In this document: positions 36,797-47,231 of the stretch, piece after piece
Position numbering within the stretch: position 1 is the first letter of the stretch
Layout of the letters: the number at the start of each line of letters is the position of its first letter
Assembly: GCA_026983875.1 (NCBI GenBank)
Contig: JALSTG010000089.1
Coordinates: 1-55,019 of the forward strand
Length of the DNA: 55,019 nt
Source of the DNA: Campylobacteraceae bacterium
GTDB taxonomy: Bacteria > Campylobacterota > Campylobacteria > Campylobacterales > Sulfurovaceae
Direction: 5' to 3'
Made by a program: the position numbers and the translations under genes
Notes under the pieces: generated by a model
The model's database searches: none
What the model saw: only the letters and a program-made list of their open reading frames with translations
What the model was told of the DNA's origin: nothing

Positions 36797-37759
36797 TTGC
36801 CTTTCGTGCTAAAGCGCTTTAAACTCGAGGAAGAGCCTCTCGCTTTTGTCTGGCTTATGCGGACTTTTGGCGTCACCCAAGGAGAGGCCCAACGCATCAT
36901 CGATCGGGGGCGCCTACTCTGCAACGGCCAGCCGCTGCCGGATAAATCGGCCCGAATCTCCGGTAAGGTGGAGGTCGTGATCTTCGAGCCTGAAAGCCGT
37001 GGCAATGTTCCGATCTTCACGACACCTGACTTCTACCTCTTTGACAAACCCAGCGGGGTTCTCGTCCACCCAAAAAAAATGACCACTCCCTACTCCATGC
37101 TGGACGAGGTGCGCCACTGGGGCGGACAGTTTGCCAACGCTGCGCACCGAATCGACAAGGAAACCTCCGGGCTGCTCCTGGCAAGCCGACACAAAGCTGC
37201 TGAACGCTTTCTCAAAGGGGCCTTCGAACACAAAGCAATCCAAAAGAGTTACCGTGCCTGGGTGACGGGCCGAATCGACAAGGCCTTCAGCGTCGATGCT
37301 CCGATCTTGCTCAATCAGGACTACGGCCCGACCAAACACAAAGTCTTTATTGACCCCAAAGGCAAAAGAGCCTATACCAGCTTCTACCCCCTCCGATACG
37401 ATGAACACCTCGATGCCACGTTGCTGGAGTGCATTCCCCATACCGGCCGGACTCACCAGATTCGCATTCATTTGTTTCACGTGAAACATCCCATCCTCGG
37501 CGACCCGATCTACGGCACAGATTACCCAACGGCCGAGGCCTACCTCGAAGAGCGACTTAGTCCCGCACAGCGGCGTATACATACCGGGGCTTCCCGTCTC
37601 ATGCTCCATGCCTACTCCGTAAGGTTTAACTACGGAGCCGACTACTACCTTATCAGCCGGAATGATTTTTCCGCCGTAACAGAGGAGATAGGAGAATCTG
37701 GGAAAAGAGACTTCGGCTCCTACTCAGGATGGAGAGAAGAGAAAAGAGATGACGATTGA
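36797..37759 (+). CDS. RluA/RluD family pseudouridine synthase
   Basis: DKPSGVLVHP, HRIDKETSG, TGRTHQIR, RLMLHA; TTG start with AAGGAG SD. Confidence 0.93.
   Translation: MPFVLKRFKLEEEPLAFVWLMRTFGVTQGEAQRIIDRGRLLCNGQPLPDKSARISGKVEVVIFEPESRGNVPIFTTPDFYLFDKPSGVLVHPKKMTTPYSMLDEVRHWGGQFANAAHRIDKETSGLLLASRHKAAERFLKGAFEHKAIQKSYRAWVTGRIDKAFSVDAPILLNQDYGPTKHKVFIDPKGKRAYTSFYPLRYDEHLDATLLECIPHTGRTHQIRIHLFHVKHPILGDPIYGTDYPTAEAYLEERLSPAQRRIHTGASRLMLHAYSVRFNYGADYYLISRNDFSAVTEEIGESGKRDFGSYSGWREEKRDDD
37473..37488. other. parS site (perfect palindrome)
   Basis: TGTTTCACGTGAAACA, the canonical chromosomal ParB site. Confidence 0.88.
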
Positions 37760-37782
37760 TAGAGCCGATTTCGCTATTAGAT

Positions 37783-37881
37783 TTAGAGCTTGTCTTTCCA
37801 GACTGCATAGATAAAGCCACCGACGCCCACAATCACCACTCCCAAGATAATGATATAAAGAGTCAAATCCATCACTGTCAT
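37783..37881 (-). CDS. Small single-pass membrane protein, 32 aa
   Basis: ATGA overlap with the rlmN stop; [32 protein letters not shown]. Confidence 0.7.
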   Translation of the reverse strand: MTVMDLTLYIIILGVVIVGVGGFIYAVWKDKL

Positions 37882-38960
37882 CGTCCGAGCCCCTCACTGA
37901 GTTTTTGTTCCCGCAACTGACCGCATGCAGCGGAAATATCGAGCCCCTTGGACTCACGAATCGTGCAGAGGACCCCTTTGGAGAGCAGATACTCCTGAAA
38001 ACGTCGCATATCGTCAGGCTCAGGTCGTCGGAACTCCGTACCAGGATAGGGATTGAAGTAAATCAAATTTACTTTGGCTTTGATACCGTTGAGAAGCTTG
38101 ACTAGTTTCTTCGCGGCGGAGATGTCATCATTGACATCTTTGATGACAAGATACTCGAAAAGGACCTTTTTCCGCTGGTTGACAGGGAAGTTGCGTACCG
38201 CCTCCATAATTGAGGCGATATTGTAGGCTTTGTTGATCGGCATCAGTCGTTCCCGCAGCGCATCGTCCACGGCATGTAAGGAGATGGCCAGATTGATCCC
38301 CAGGTCTAACTTCCCCAACTTTTCGATCTTGGAGCTGAGCCCAGAGGTGGAGATTGTCTGACGGTTCGGCGATATGCTCATGCCATCCATATCCGAGAAG
38401 ATCCGGACCGCTTTGGCGACTTTGTCGAGATTGTCAAGGGGCTCACCCATTCCCATATAGACAAGGTTGACGCGGTGATTGGAAGGTATTCCCTGGTCTT
38501 TGTAAATCTCCAATACCTGAGCGACAATCTCTCCGGCACTGAGATTGCGGATGAATCCCCCTTTGGCCGTCAGACAAAAGGCGCAGCCGACTTTGCAGCC
38601 GACCTGGGAGGAGATGCAGACCGTGTATCGGCGATGATGCTTGAGAGTCCCGTCTTCGTGATACTGAGCCTCCCGCATGAGAAGGAGCACGGCTTCTACG
38701 GTATGACCGTCGTGAAGGCGAAAAAGATACTTGATGCTCCCGTCGCGGCTCTCCTGCTTGGAGACACACTCCAAAGGACGAAGCGTATACTCTTGATCCA
38801 TTTGCATCCGAAGTGCTTTAGGCAGATTCTCCATCTCGCCAAAAGAATCGGCGTGCCGATGATAGACCCAGTTATAGATCTGCTTGGCACGAAAAGCCGG
38901 TTTGATGGCTTCAGCCAACTCTTCTTTAGTATAATCGTGAATAATTTTTTTCATATCCAT
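37878..38960 (-). CDS. rlmN: 23S rRNA m2A2503 / tRNA radical SAM methyltransferase
   Basis: [30 protein letters not shown]. Confidence 0.97.
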   Translation of the reverse strand: MDMKKIIHDYTKEELAEAIKPAFRAKQIYNWVYHRHADSFGEMENLPKALRMQMDQEYTLRPLECVSKQESRDGSIKYLFRLHDGHTVEAVLLLMREAQYHEDGTLKHHRRYTVCISSQVGCKVGCAFCLTAKGGFIRNLSAGEIVAQVLEIYKDQGIPSNHRVNLVYMGMGEPLDNLDKVAKAVRIFSDMDGMSISPNRQTISTSGLSSKIEKLGKLDLGINLAISLHAVDDALRERLMPINKAYNIASIMEAVRNFPVNQRKKVLFEYLVIKDVNDDISAAKKLVKLLNGIKAKVNLIYFNPYPGTEFRRPEPDDMRRFQEYLLSKGVLCTIRESKGLDISAACGQLREQKLSEGLGR

Positions 38961-39019
38961 TTGGGGTTCCTCGGAATGTCATTAGCGAAGGTTTTGAGTT
39001 TTTCATGACCCGGGACCTA

Positions 39020-39559
39020 TCAACCTTTCCCCAATACCCCCTTTTTTTGCAGATACTCTTCGAGCAGATCCATCGCCTTAGATTGGTTGCGGATAAAATC
39101 CTCATGGGCCTTTTTGTTACAGTAGTTAGTAACGCAAAAGACTCCCCCCGCGGGAATATCGAACTCTTTGGCCACCGCCATGACAGAGAAAAACTCCATA
39201 TTTTCAAGTTCAAGACGCTTGGCAAGGAATCGCTCAGCCATCCCTTCATCGGTGGTAATGTAGTTGGAAGAGTTGACGATGGTTTCACGTGAAACATCTT
39301 CTGCCGCGGAGATGACGTTCTCGATCGGTGTATAGGCACTGCCAATGAGTAGACTCTGTTCCACATTGGCCGCCGTCTTGGATTCGACGATCTCGAAGAT
39401 CTCTTTTCTCCCGTAGCTTCCGGCAGTCCCGACGAAGAGGAGAAATTCAGGCGGGCTCATGAGCACCGCCCGAGTCAGATTGATGGCCGAACGTACCATC
39501 CCCACTCCGATCGGTACGGCAAAGGGAAAGCGCTCCGAGTCCCCGGCACAAAGAATCAT
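39020..39559 (-). CDS. Nucleoside phosphorylase (PNP/UDP/MTAN superfamily)
   Basis: [23 protein letters not shown]. Confidence 0.85.
   Translation of the reverse strand: MILCAGDSERFPFAVPIGVGMVRSAINLTRAVLMSPPEFLLFVGTAGSYGRKEIFEIVESKTAANVEQSLLIGSAYTPIENVISAAEDVSRETIVNSSNYITTDEGMAERFLAKRLELENMEFFSVMAVAKEFDIPAGGVFCVTNYCNKKAHEDFIRNQSKAMDLLEEYLQKKGVLGKG
39281..39296. other. parS site (one mismatch)
   Basis: gGTTTCACGTGAAACA. Confidence 0.8.
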
Positions 39560-40326
39560 TCTTCCAACCTTACGGGTATCCCTCTGGATTTGAGGTAGTG
39601 CTTGAGTTCCATGATATCGATCTCTCTGAAATGAAAAATACTCGCCGCCAAAGCCGCATCGGCATGCCCTACGGTAAAAGCCTCTTCAATATGCTTCATC
39701 GTCCCCGCTCCTCCGCTGGCAATGATCGGGATGGGAGCGACTTCACCAATACGACGATTGAGCTCGTTGTCGAAGCCTGCTTTGGTCCCATCGGCATCCA
39801 TCGAGGTCACCAGCAGCTCGCCGGCTCCTCTTTCATAGGCTTCTTTGGCCCACTCGATCGCATCGATACCCGTATCCTTGCGGCCCCCGTGGGTGAAGAT
39901 ATGCCATCGCCCCTCCTCCACCCGTTTGGCATCGATAGCGACGACGATACACTGGGAACCGAAACGCCGGGCCCCCTCTTCAATGAAGGCAGGTCGGCGA
40001 ATCGCAGCGGAATTAATGCTGACCTTGTCGCAGCCCGCATCGAGAAGTCGGTAGATATCATCAAGCTCCCGAATCCCTCCTCCAACCGTCAGGGGGATGA
40101 AGACCTCCTTGGCCACCTGCCGCACTACATCCACAATAGTTCCCCTCTCCTCATGCGTCGCCGTAATATCGAGAAAGGTCAGTTCGTCCGCCCCCTCTTC
40201 GTTGTAGCGCCTCGCCACCTCTACCGGATCGCCCGCATCCCGTAGATCGACAAAGTTAACCCCCTTGACGACCCGGCCTGCATTGACGTCAAGGCATGGT
40301 ATAATTCGCTTGGCAAAAGTCTCCAT
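39556..40326 (-). CDS. hisF: Imidazole glycerol phosphate synthase cyclase subunit
   Basis: [38 protein letters not shown]. Confidence 0.98.
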   Translation of the reverse strand: METFAKRIIPCLDVNAGRVVKGVNFVDLRDAGDPVEVARRYNEEGADELTFLDITATHEERGTIVDVVRQVAKEVFIPLTVGGGIRELDDIYRLLDAGCDKVSINSAAIRRPAFIEEGARRFGSQCIVVAIDAKRVEEGRWHIFTHGGRKDTGIDAIEWAKEAYERGAGELLVTSMDADGTKAGFDNELNRRIGEVAPIPIIASGGAGTMKHIEEAFTVGHADAALAASIFHFREIDIMELKHYLKSRGIPVRLEE

Positions 40327-40430
40327 GTTTCTCCTGATTCCTTCCGGATATAGCCGGAATTCTAAGTGGGGAGATTATATCAAAAACCAATCGCCGAGGG
40401 CTCTTGTCAATTTAAGTACAAAAGAGTATA

Positions 40431-41291
40431 ATGAAAAATTATAGGCCAAATGCCTCGGAATTTGCCGAAAAGAGATACGGCCAAAACTTTTTGGAAGACC
40501 GAAGCATTATAGAGCAAATCATCCAAGCGATGCCCGAAGACGATCTTCCAATCGTGGAAATCGGGCCTGGCTTAGGTGATTTAACCAAAGAGCTTGTCCA
40601 CATTCGTCGTGTCACGGCGTATGAGATAGACCCAAGGTCGTGCGACTATCTGGCGAATACATTTGCCGGAGAGATCGCCGACGGCAGACTCCGACTGGAG
40701 TGTGGGGATGTCTTGGAACAGTGGAACGGGAGGAGCCTGAGCGACCGGCCTTACAGGCTAGTCGCCAATCTTCCCTATTACATTGCGACCACGATCATTC
40801 TCAAGGCATTGCGGGACCCTTTATGCAAGTCCACGCTTACCATGGTCCAGAAAGAGGTCGCCGAAAAGTTCGCCGCCCGAGAGGGTGATCGCAACTTCTC
40901 GGCCCTCTCGGTCCTGGCCCGGACGGCCGGGGAGGCTTCCATCCGTCTCCTCGTCCCCCCGGAAGCCTTCTCCCCGCCCCCCAAAGTCGATTCAGCCGTT
41001 CTGGAGATCCGCAAGGAGCACAGCCTGGCGGATGAGGCTTTTGAAGATTTTCTCAGGCAGGCTTTCCGTCAGCCGAGAAAAACGCTCTTCAAAAACCTCA
41101 CAGCCGCTTTCCCCAAAGGGAAGATTGAGTCCGTCTATACATCGCTGGGGCTGGAACGAACTCTCAGACCCCATCAGGTCGGGACAAGCCTTTATCATCG
41201 ACTATACCATGTATTGACAAAGGAAACCGACCATGGAAAAGAATCAGAATACCCCCAACGAAAACAAGCAAAACAACCCCAACAGCCGTAA
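40431..41291 (+). CDS. rsmA: 16S rRNA dimethyladenosine transferase KsgA
   Basis: YGQNFL, EIGPGLG, ANLPYYI, FSPPPKVDS. Confidence 0.96.
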   Translation: MKNYRPNASEFAEKRYGQNFLEDRSIIEQIIQAMPEDDLPIVEIGPGLGDLTKELVHIRRVTAYEIDPRSCDYLANTFAGEIADGRLRLECGDVLEQWNGRSLSDRPYRLVANLPYYIATTIILKALRDPLCKSTLTMVQKEVAEKFAAREGDRNFSALSVLARTAGEASIRLLVPPEAFSPPPKVDSAVLEIRKEHSLADEAFEDFLRQAFRQPRKTLFKNLTAAFPKGKIESVYTSLGLERTLRPHQVGTSLYHRLYHVLTKETDHGKESEYPQRKQAKQPQQP

Positions 41292-43305
41292 CGGCCGGCG
41301 AAGGCCCAATCCATTCCGTAACAATCGAAACAGCGAGAGCAAGCAAGGCTCCCAAGACAGCCAAGAAAACCGGGGAAAAAGCGAACAGACCCAAAGCGGC
41401 GACAAAAAACGCAACGACAACAATCGTCGCAACGGCAATGCAAACCGCAGCCGTTCCAACGACGCCAACCGTAATCGATCCCAAAAATCCGGTCGCAACA
41501 ACAGCGGAGGCGGACGCGGACGCGGCGGGCGCCGCCCCAAGATCGACACCACCATCCCCCCCGAGATGAAAGAGGCGATTCTTGAGAACGAGCGCGTTCA
41601 GCAGGAGCGGATGAACCCCTGGAGACAGATCGACATGAGCGCCAAAGGGAAGCTGCGCTTTACCCCCCTGGGAGGCCTGGGCGAAATCGGAGGCAATATG
41701 GCCGTCCTAGAGAGCGAGAAGGATGCGTTCATCATCGACGTGGGGATGAGCTTCCCCGACGAGACGATGCACGGCGTCGATATCCTCGTCCCGGATTTCA
41801 GCTATCTCCATGCCATCAAAGACAAAATCCGCGCCATTATCATTACCCATGCCCACGAAGACCATATCGGTGCCGTCCCCTATCTCTTCAAAGAGCTCAA
41901 ATTCCCTATCTACGGCACCCCGCTGGCCCTGGCGATGATCGGCAACAAATTCGACGAACACGGCCTTCAAGCGGACAAAAAATACTTCCGTTACGTCGTC
42001 AAGCGAAAGCCGTATGAGATCGGAACCGATTTCAAGGTGGAGTGGATGCACATGACCCACTCCATTATCGACGCCTGTTCTCTGGCGATCCAAACCCCTA
42101 TCGGCAACATCATCCACACCGCCGACTTCAAGATCGACCACACCCCCATCGACGGCTATACCGCCGACCTCCACCGCTTCGCCCATTATGGAGCCCAGGG
42201 AGTGCTCTGCCTCTTCTCCGACTCCACCAACAGTCACAACCCCGGCTATACCAAGAGCGAGCGCGTCGTCGGCAAGACCTTCGACAACCTCTTCGAAATG
42301 GCCAAAGGACGGGTCATCATGTCGACCTTCAGCTCCAACGCCCACCGGATCTTCCAGGCCATTGAGCGAGGGGTCAAGCATGGCCGTAAGATCTGCGTCA
42401 TCGGCCGCTCCATGGAGCGAAATATCGAAACGGTCCGTCGCCTGGGATATATCGATGTGGACGAGAAACATTTCATCGAAGCCCATGAAGTCAACAAATA
42501 CAAAGACAACGAAATCCTCGTCGTTACCACCGGAAGCCAGGGGGAGACCATGGCCGCCCTCTCCCGGATGGCCACCGACGAACACCGCCATATCAAGCTC
42601 AAACCTACCGATACCGTCATCATCTCCGCCAGCGCCATCCCCGGCAACGAAGCGAGCGTCTCCAAACTGCTCAATCTCCTGCTCAAAGCCGGTGTCACCG
42701 TCCGCTACAAAGAGTGCAGCGACATTCACGTCTCCGGCCACGCCTCCCAGGAAGAGCAGAAGCTCATCCTGCGCCTCGTTCAGCCGAAGTTCTTCCTCCC
42801 CGTCCACGGAGAATACAACCATATCGCCGCACACGCTCGCACCGCCGTCAGCTGCGATATCGACGAGCGCAACATCCTCCTCATGAGCGACGGCGATCAG
42901 ATCGAAATCACTACCAAATACATCAAGAAAGTCAAAACAGTCCGCTCCGGAAAGCGCTATATCGACAATCAGAACAACCAAGAGATCTTTGCCGATGTGG
43001 TCGATGACCGACAGAAGCTCTCCACCGAAGGCATCGTCAACATCGTCGTACGTATCTCCACCCAGAGCGGGCAGATGGTCGACAAGCCGATCGTTACCTC
43101 CCACGGCCTCGTCCCCGATCGGGAAGACAAAAAATTCGCCGCAGAGATCGAAAAGCTCCTGGAGCAATATCTGGCCACCTCCAAGGTCGAAAAATCCGCC
43201 AACCCCAAGGTGATCGAAGATGATATTCGGGGTGTCGTACGCAAGCACATTCTCAAGCGCTTCAAGAAGTATCCCATCATTCTCCCCGTGGTCTTCCTGG
43301 TCTAA
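41233..43305 (+). CDS. rnj: Ribonuclease J with a disordered Asn/Arg-rich N-terminus
   Basis: PLGGLGEIGGN, HAHEDH, DSTN, HVSGHA, PVHGE. Confidence 0.97.
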   Translation: MEKNQNTPNENKQNNPNSRNGRRRPNPFRNNRNSESKQGSQDSQENRGKSEQTQSGDKKRNDNNRRNGNANRSRSNDANRNRSQKSGRNNSGGGRGRGGRRPKIDTTIPPEMKEAILENERVQQERMNPWRQIDMSAKGKLRFTPLGGLGEIGGNMAVLESEKDAFIIDVGMSFPDETMHGVDILVPDFSYLHAIKDKIRAIIITHAHEDHIGAVPYLFKELKFPIYGTPLALAMIGNKFDEHGLQADKKYFRYVVKRKPYEIGTDFKVEWMHMTHSIIDACSLAIQTPIGNIIHTADFKIDHTPIDGYTADLHRFAHYGAQGVLCLFSDSTNSHNPGYTKSERVVGKTFDNLFEMAKGRVIMSTFSSNAHRIFQAIERGVKHGRKICVIGRSMERNIETVRRLGYIDVDEKHFIEAHEVNKYKDNEILVVTTGSQGETMAALSRMATDEHRHIKLKPTDTVIISASAIPGNEASVSKLLNLLLKAGVTVRYKECSDIHVSGHASQEEQKLILRLVQPKFFLPVHGEYNHIAAHARTAVSCDIDERNILLMSDGDQIEITTKYIKKVKTVRSGKRYIDNQNNQEIFADVVDDRQKLSTEGIVNIVVRISTQSGQMVDKPIVTSHGLVPDREDKKFAAEIEKLLEQYLATSKVEKSANPKVIEDDIRGVVRKHILKRFKKYPIILPVVFLV

Positions 43306-43346
43306 AAGCGTACGCAGGCCCTTCGCCTGTGCTATAATCACTCTCC

Positions 43347-44330
43347 ATGAATCACTCTGACACGACTATTCAAGCTGCTATCGATACATTGGAGATAGAA
43401 GCCCGTACTCTGGAGCAGGCCGCTAAGCATATCGACGGACGCTTTGTCCAGGCCGTCGAGACTATTCTCGGGCTCAAAGGCAAACTCATCGTCACCGGCA
43501 TCGGCAAATCAGGCCTCGTCGGGGCCAAAATCGCCGCGACGCTAGCGAGCACCGGGACCCCCAGCTTCTTCCTCCATCCCAGCGAGGCGCTCCACGGAGA
43601 CCTTGGAATGATCGGATCCGATGACGGGGTCCTAGCTATCAGCTACAGCGGCGAGAGTGAAGAGCTCTCCAATATCCTGCCCCATATCCGGCGCTTTGAG
43701 GTCCCCCTACTGGCGATGACCGCCGATTCCGGCTCTACGCTGGCAAGCTATGCCGATGTGCTCCTCGATATCTCCGTGGAGCGGGAGGCTTGCCCGCTCG
43801 GAGCCGCACCGACCTCCAGCACGACCCTGACAATGGCCCTGGGCGATGCTCTGGCGGTCGCATTGATGAAGCGGAGAGACTTCAAAGAGGAGGATTTCGC
43901 CTCCTTCCATCCCGGAGGCAGCCTGGGGCGCCGGCTCTACCTCAAGCTCGCCGAGATCGCCCGCACCGAACGCCTCCCCATCGTCGATGCACAGACTCCC
44001 CTCAAAGAGGCGATCGTCGTCATGAGCGAAGGAAAGCTCGGCAATGTACTGGTCACCGAAGAAGGTCGCCTGGCGGCCATTATGAGCGACGGAGACCTCC
44101 GTCGGGCCCTAATGAAAGCAGATTTTGATATGGAGCGTCCCGTGATCGACTATGCCACCCGCGACCCCCGGAGTCTGAACGATCTGGAGATGCTTGCCAG
44201 CAACGCTTTGACTCAAATGGAAGAGGCCAAGATCCAACTGATGCCGATCGTCAATGAAGCGGGAGAGATCCTCGGAGTTGTCCATCTCCACGATCTGGTC
44301 AGTGCAGGAATCAAGACAGGAAAAAAATGA
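43347..44330 (+). CDS. kdsD: Arabinose-5-phosphate isomerase (KpsF/GutQ; SIS + CBS domains)
   Basis: GIGKSG, STGTP, HGDLG, APTSST, FHPGGSLG. Confidence 0.93.
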   Translation: MNHSDTTIQAAIDTLEIEARTLEQAAKHIDGRFVQAVETILGLKGKLIVTGIGKSGLVGAKIAATLASTGTPSFFLHPSEALHGDLGMIGSDDGVLAISYSGESEELSNILPHIRRFEVPLLAMTADSGSTLASYADVLLDISVEREACPLGAAPTSSTTLTMALGDALAVALMKRRDFKEEDFASFHPGGSLGRRLYLKLAEIARTERLPIVDAQTPLKEAIVVMSEGKLGNVLVTEEGRLAAIMSDGDLRRALMKADFDMERPVIDYATRDPRSLNDLEMLASNALTQMEEAKIQLMPIVNEAGEILGVVHLHDLVSAGIKTGKK

Positions 44331-45109
44331 GACTCAACAAATACATCGCCCACAACAGCCGTTACTCCCGACGGGAAGCCGACCGGCTCATCCAAGAGGG
44401 ACTCGTGACCGTCAACCGGATACCTCTCGCCGACTACTCCTACAAGGTGCAACCCGACGACAAAGTCGCAGTCAAGGGCCAACTGATCCAGCCGAAAAAA
44501 CGGGGCGAAGTCACCATGGTGGTCTACCACAAGCCCCGAGGGGTACTGGTCACCAAAAAAGATGACCGGGGTCGAACGACGATCTACCACAAGCTCCCCG
44601 GGAAGTTCCGCCATTTCATTCCCGTGGGACGACTGGACTACGCCAGCGAGGGCCTCCTGCTCCTGACGGACAACTCCGAAGTCGCCGAACGCCTTATGCG
44701 CAGCGACCTTCCCCGCAGCTATAATCTCAAAATCGACAAGCCCCTGACACCGGAGATGGTCGAAGCAATGGAGCGGGGGCTGACCTTGGAGGATGCCCGT
44801 GCAGGAGGACACGATCGGAGCGAAATCACCCGAATGGAGTTCGCCCCTTTCTCCGGGTATGCCCTTCGGGGCCAAAGTGGCAAAAATACCAAGCTGCGAG
44901 TCACCATCACCGAGGGGAAAAACCGGGAACTCCGGCGATTTTTTGCCCACTTCGGCGCCAAAGTCCTCGATCTCAAACGGGTGGCCTACGGCTGGATCGA
45001 ACTCAACAACCTGCCGGTAGACAAAACCCGCTATCTCAGTCGTAAAGAGTATGAACTGCTACATCAATTTCTCAAGGAGGGACGCACCGATGACAAAGAT
45101 CACGCTTGA
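44327..45109 (+). CDS. RsuA/RluB family pseudouridine synthase with S4 domain
   Basis: MRLNKYIA, SRREAD, VGRLDYASEGLLL, EGKNRELRR. Confidence 0.93.
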   Translation: MRLNKYIAHNSRYSRREADRLIQEGLVTVNRIPLADYSYKVQPDDKVAVKGQLIQPKKRGEVTMVVYHKPRGVLVTKKDDRGRTTIYHKLPGKFRHFIPVGRLDYASEGLLLLTDNSEVAERLMRSDLPRSYNLKIDKPLTPEMVEAMERGLTLEDARAGGHDRSEITRMEFAPFSGYALRGQSGKNTKLRVTITEGKNRELRRFFAHFGAKVLDLKRVAYGWIELNNLPVDKTRYLSRKEYELLHQFLKEGRTDDKDHA

Positions 45110-45485
45110 CACCAACTACAAAACCGAAATGATCGACATTACCGAGGAGGTTGCCCATGAAGTGATGAAACTGGGCATACGAGACGGTCTCTGCACCGTC
45201 TTCACGCCTCACACCACCGCCTCCGTCGTCCTATTTGAACGGACGGACCCCAAGCTGCGCCGGGATTTTCTCGCCTCCCTCAGCCGAATCGCCCCGGCAG
45301 ACATGAACTACGAGAGCGAGGGGGACAATACCCCGGCCCATATCAAGTCCACCCTCTGTGGCCCCCGGATCGTCGTTCCGGTCAAGGATGGGCAACTCTA
45401 TCTGGGAGAGTGGCAGGCGATCTTCTTCTGTGAATTCGACGGCCCGAGAGAGGCTCGAGAGTACATCGTTCAGGTCATCCAATAG
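45090..45485 (+). CDS. yjbQ: YjbQ/UPF0047 family protein
   Basis: PHTTAS, AHIKS, LGEWQAIFFCEFDGPR. Confidence 0.9.
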   Translation: MTKITLDTNYKTEMIDITEEVAHEVMKLGIRDGLCTVFTPHTTASVVLFERTDPKLRRDFLASLSRIAPADMNYESEGDNTPAHIKSTLCGPRIVVPVKDGQLYLGEWQAIFFCEFDGPREAREYIVQVIQ

Positions 45486-45490
45486 CTCCC

Positions 45491-46684
45491 GTGCCCCGAC
45501 TCGACCTTGCATACCGCCCCAAAAGTCTCGATGAAATGGTGGGGCAAAGCCATCTCCTGGCGCCGGGAGCCCCCTTTCGCAAACTGGTAGAAGCCGATGC
45601 ACTGCCCCACAGCCTCCTCTTCGGTCCTCCCGGCTGCGGCAAAACCACCCTGGCCCGAATCCTTGCAAACACCCTCGACCGCCCCTTCCACGAATTCAAC
45701 GCCACGACCCTGAAGATCGACGAGCTGCGCAAACTTTTCAAAAGCTATGCCAACGCCCTCCAGAAGCCTCTCGTCTTCATCGATGAAGTCCACCGCCTCA
45801 GCAAAACCCAGCAGGAGGTCTTGCTGCCCTATATGGAGGATCGGCTCTTCCTTCTCGTCGGTGCCTCGACCCAAAATCCCTATTATGCCCTGACCGCCGC
45901 CATCCGCTCACGTTCGACCCTTTTCGAGCTCAAAGCTCTGGACGATAACGCCATGGCGACCATGCTCGATCGGGTCATCGTGCAGGAGGGCATCACTCTG
46001 GAGCCCGAGGCGCGGGAGTATCTGATCCGCTCCAGCAGCGGAGATTTGCGGGCGATGCTGGGCCTTCTGGAGAGCGCCGCTGCCGTGGAGAATCCCGTCA
46101 GCTATCCCACGCTTCGCTCCCTCCGCCCCCAGGCGATCCGCGCCGGATCCTCGGAGGCAGACAGCCACTACGATCTGGCCTCGGCTATGATCAAAAGCGT
46201 CCGCGGCAGCGATATCGACGCCGGACTCTACTGGCTCGCCCGCCTCATCGAAGGCGGAGAACCGCCGGAATTTCTCGCCCGTCGTCTGGCGATCCTCGCC
46301 GCCGAAGATATTGGAAACGCCAACCCCCACGCGCTCAATCTTGCCGCATCTACCCTGACGATCGTCGAACACATCGGTTATCCGGAAGCCCGAATTCCTT
46401 TGGCTCAACTCCTGATCTATTTGGCATCTTCTCCCAAGTCAAACCGGGCCTATCAAGCGATCAATAGTGCACAAAAAGCGATTCGTGAAGGGCTGATACT
46501 TCCCGTGCCCGAGACGATAAAAACCCATTCAAAAAGCTACAAATACCCCCATAACTACGGCGGATGGATCGAACAAGACTACCTGGGGAGCGACGTAAAG
46601 TTCTATCCGGGAAAACAGCCGATAGGCTATGAAATGACTCTACAGGAGTGGCATGACAAAATCACGAAGGATAAAAAGCATTAA
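45491..46684 (+). CDS. rarA: Replication-associated recombination protein RarA/MgsA
   Basis: YRPKSLDEMVGQ, GPPGCGKTT, FIDEVHR, SAMIKSVRGSD, EDIGNA. Confidence 0.95.
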   Translation: MPRLDLAYRPKSLDEMVGQSHLLAPGAPFRKLVEADALPHSLLFGPPGCGKTTLARILANTLDRPFHEFNATTLKIDELRKLFKSYANALQKPLVFIDEVHRLSKTQQEVLLPYMEDRLFLLVGASTQNPYYALTAAIRSRSTLFELKALDDNAMATMLDRVIVQEGITLEPEAREYLIRSSSGDLRAMLGLLESAAAVENPVSYPTLRSLRPQAIRAGSSEADSHYDLASAMIKSVRGSDIDAGLYWLARLIEGGEPPEFLARRLAILAAEDIGNANPHALNLAASTLTIVEHIGYPEARIPLAQLLIYLASSPKSNRAYQAINSAQKAIREGLILPVPETIKTHSKSYKYPHNYGGWIEQDYLGSDVKFYPGKQPIGYEMTLQEWHDKITKDKKH

Positions 46685-47094
46685 AGATCGGTCAAAATCT
46701 TTTTGGCTTTCTGTGAGTCGATAGTCCCGGAAAAATAGTCACTCTCTACCTCTTCAAGTCTTTTGAGAAAATATCGTTTAAATTCACTATCGACAAGCAG
46801 TTGATCCGTCAACTGACGCATCAGATCAAACTGGGGGAAGTTATCCAAAATTTCCCGTCGAATCGGGCTTTCTCTCCAAACCTCCTTTGCTTTCGCTATC
46901 GAGACACCGTGGAAATCCAGTACTCGCCCGCCCGAGGCATCGCTTTTATAGTATTTCGCAAACTCTTTTGCTTTCCGTTCATCTTTACTGATCAGCGTAT
47001 TGGGGTCTTCGCCCTCTACGTCGCTAACAAAATTGAAGACGAAGTAGGTGAACAACCCTCCGACCGCCAGTAGAATAATAAAACCTTTAAACAT
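46681..47094 (-). CDS. Hypothetical membrane-anchored protein
   Basis: N-terminal TM (FIILLAVGGLFTYFVF) followed by a soluble helical domain; GGGAG SD upstream. Confidence 0.7.
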   Translation of the reverse strand: MFKGFIILLAVGGLFTYFVFNFVSDVEGEDPNTLISKDERKAKEFAKYYKSDASGGRVLDFHGVSIAKAKEVWRESPIRREILDNFPQFDLMRQLTDQLLVDSEFKRYFLKRLEEVESDYFSGTIDSQKAKKILTDL

Positions 47095-47231
47095 TTTTTC
47101 TGTACTCCCATTCTTCTTCTTTACAAACATTATATCAGAAGCAAAAATCGACAAAATCATTCAAGAAAAAACACAAGAGCTGAGCTATAATCTGTATAAT
47201 CCATCTCATCCATGCAAAGGAATGTTTCCAA

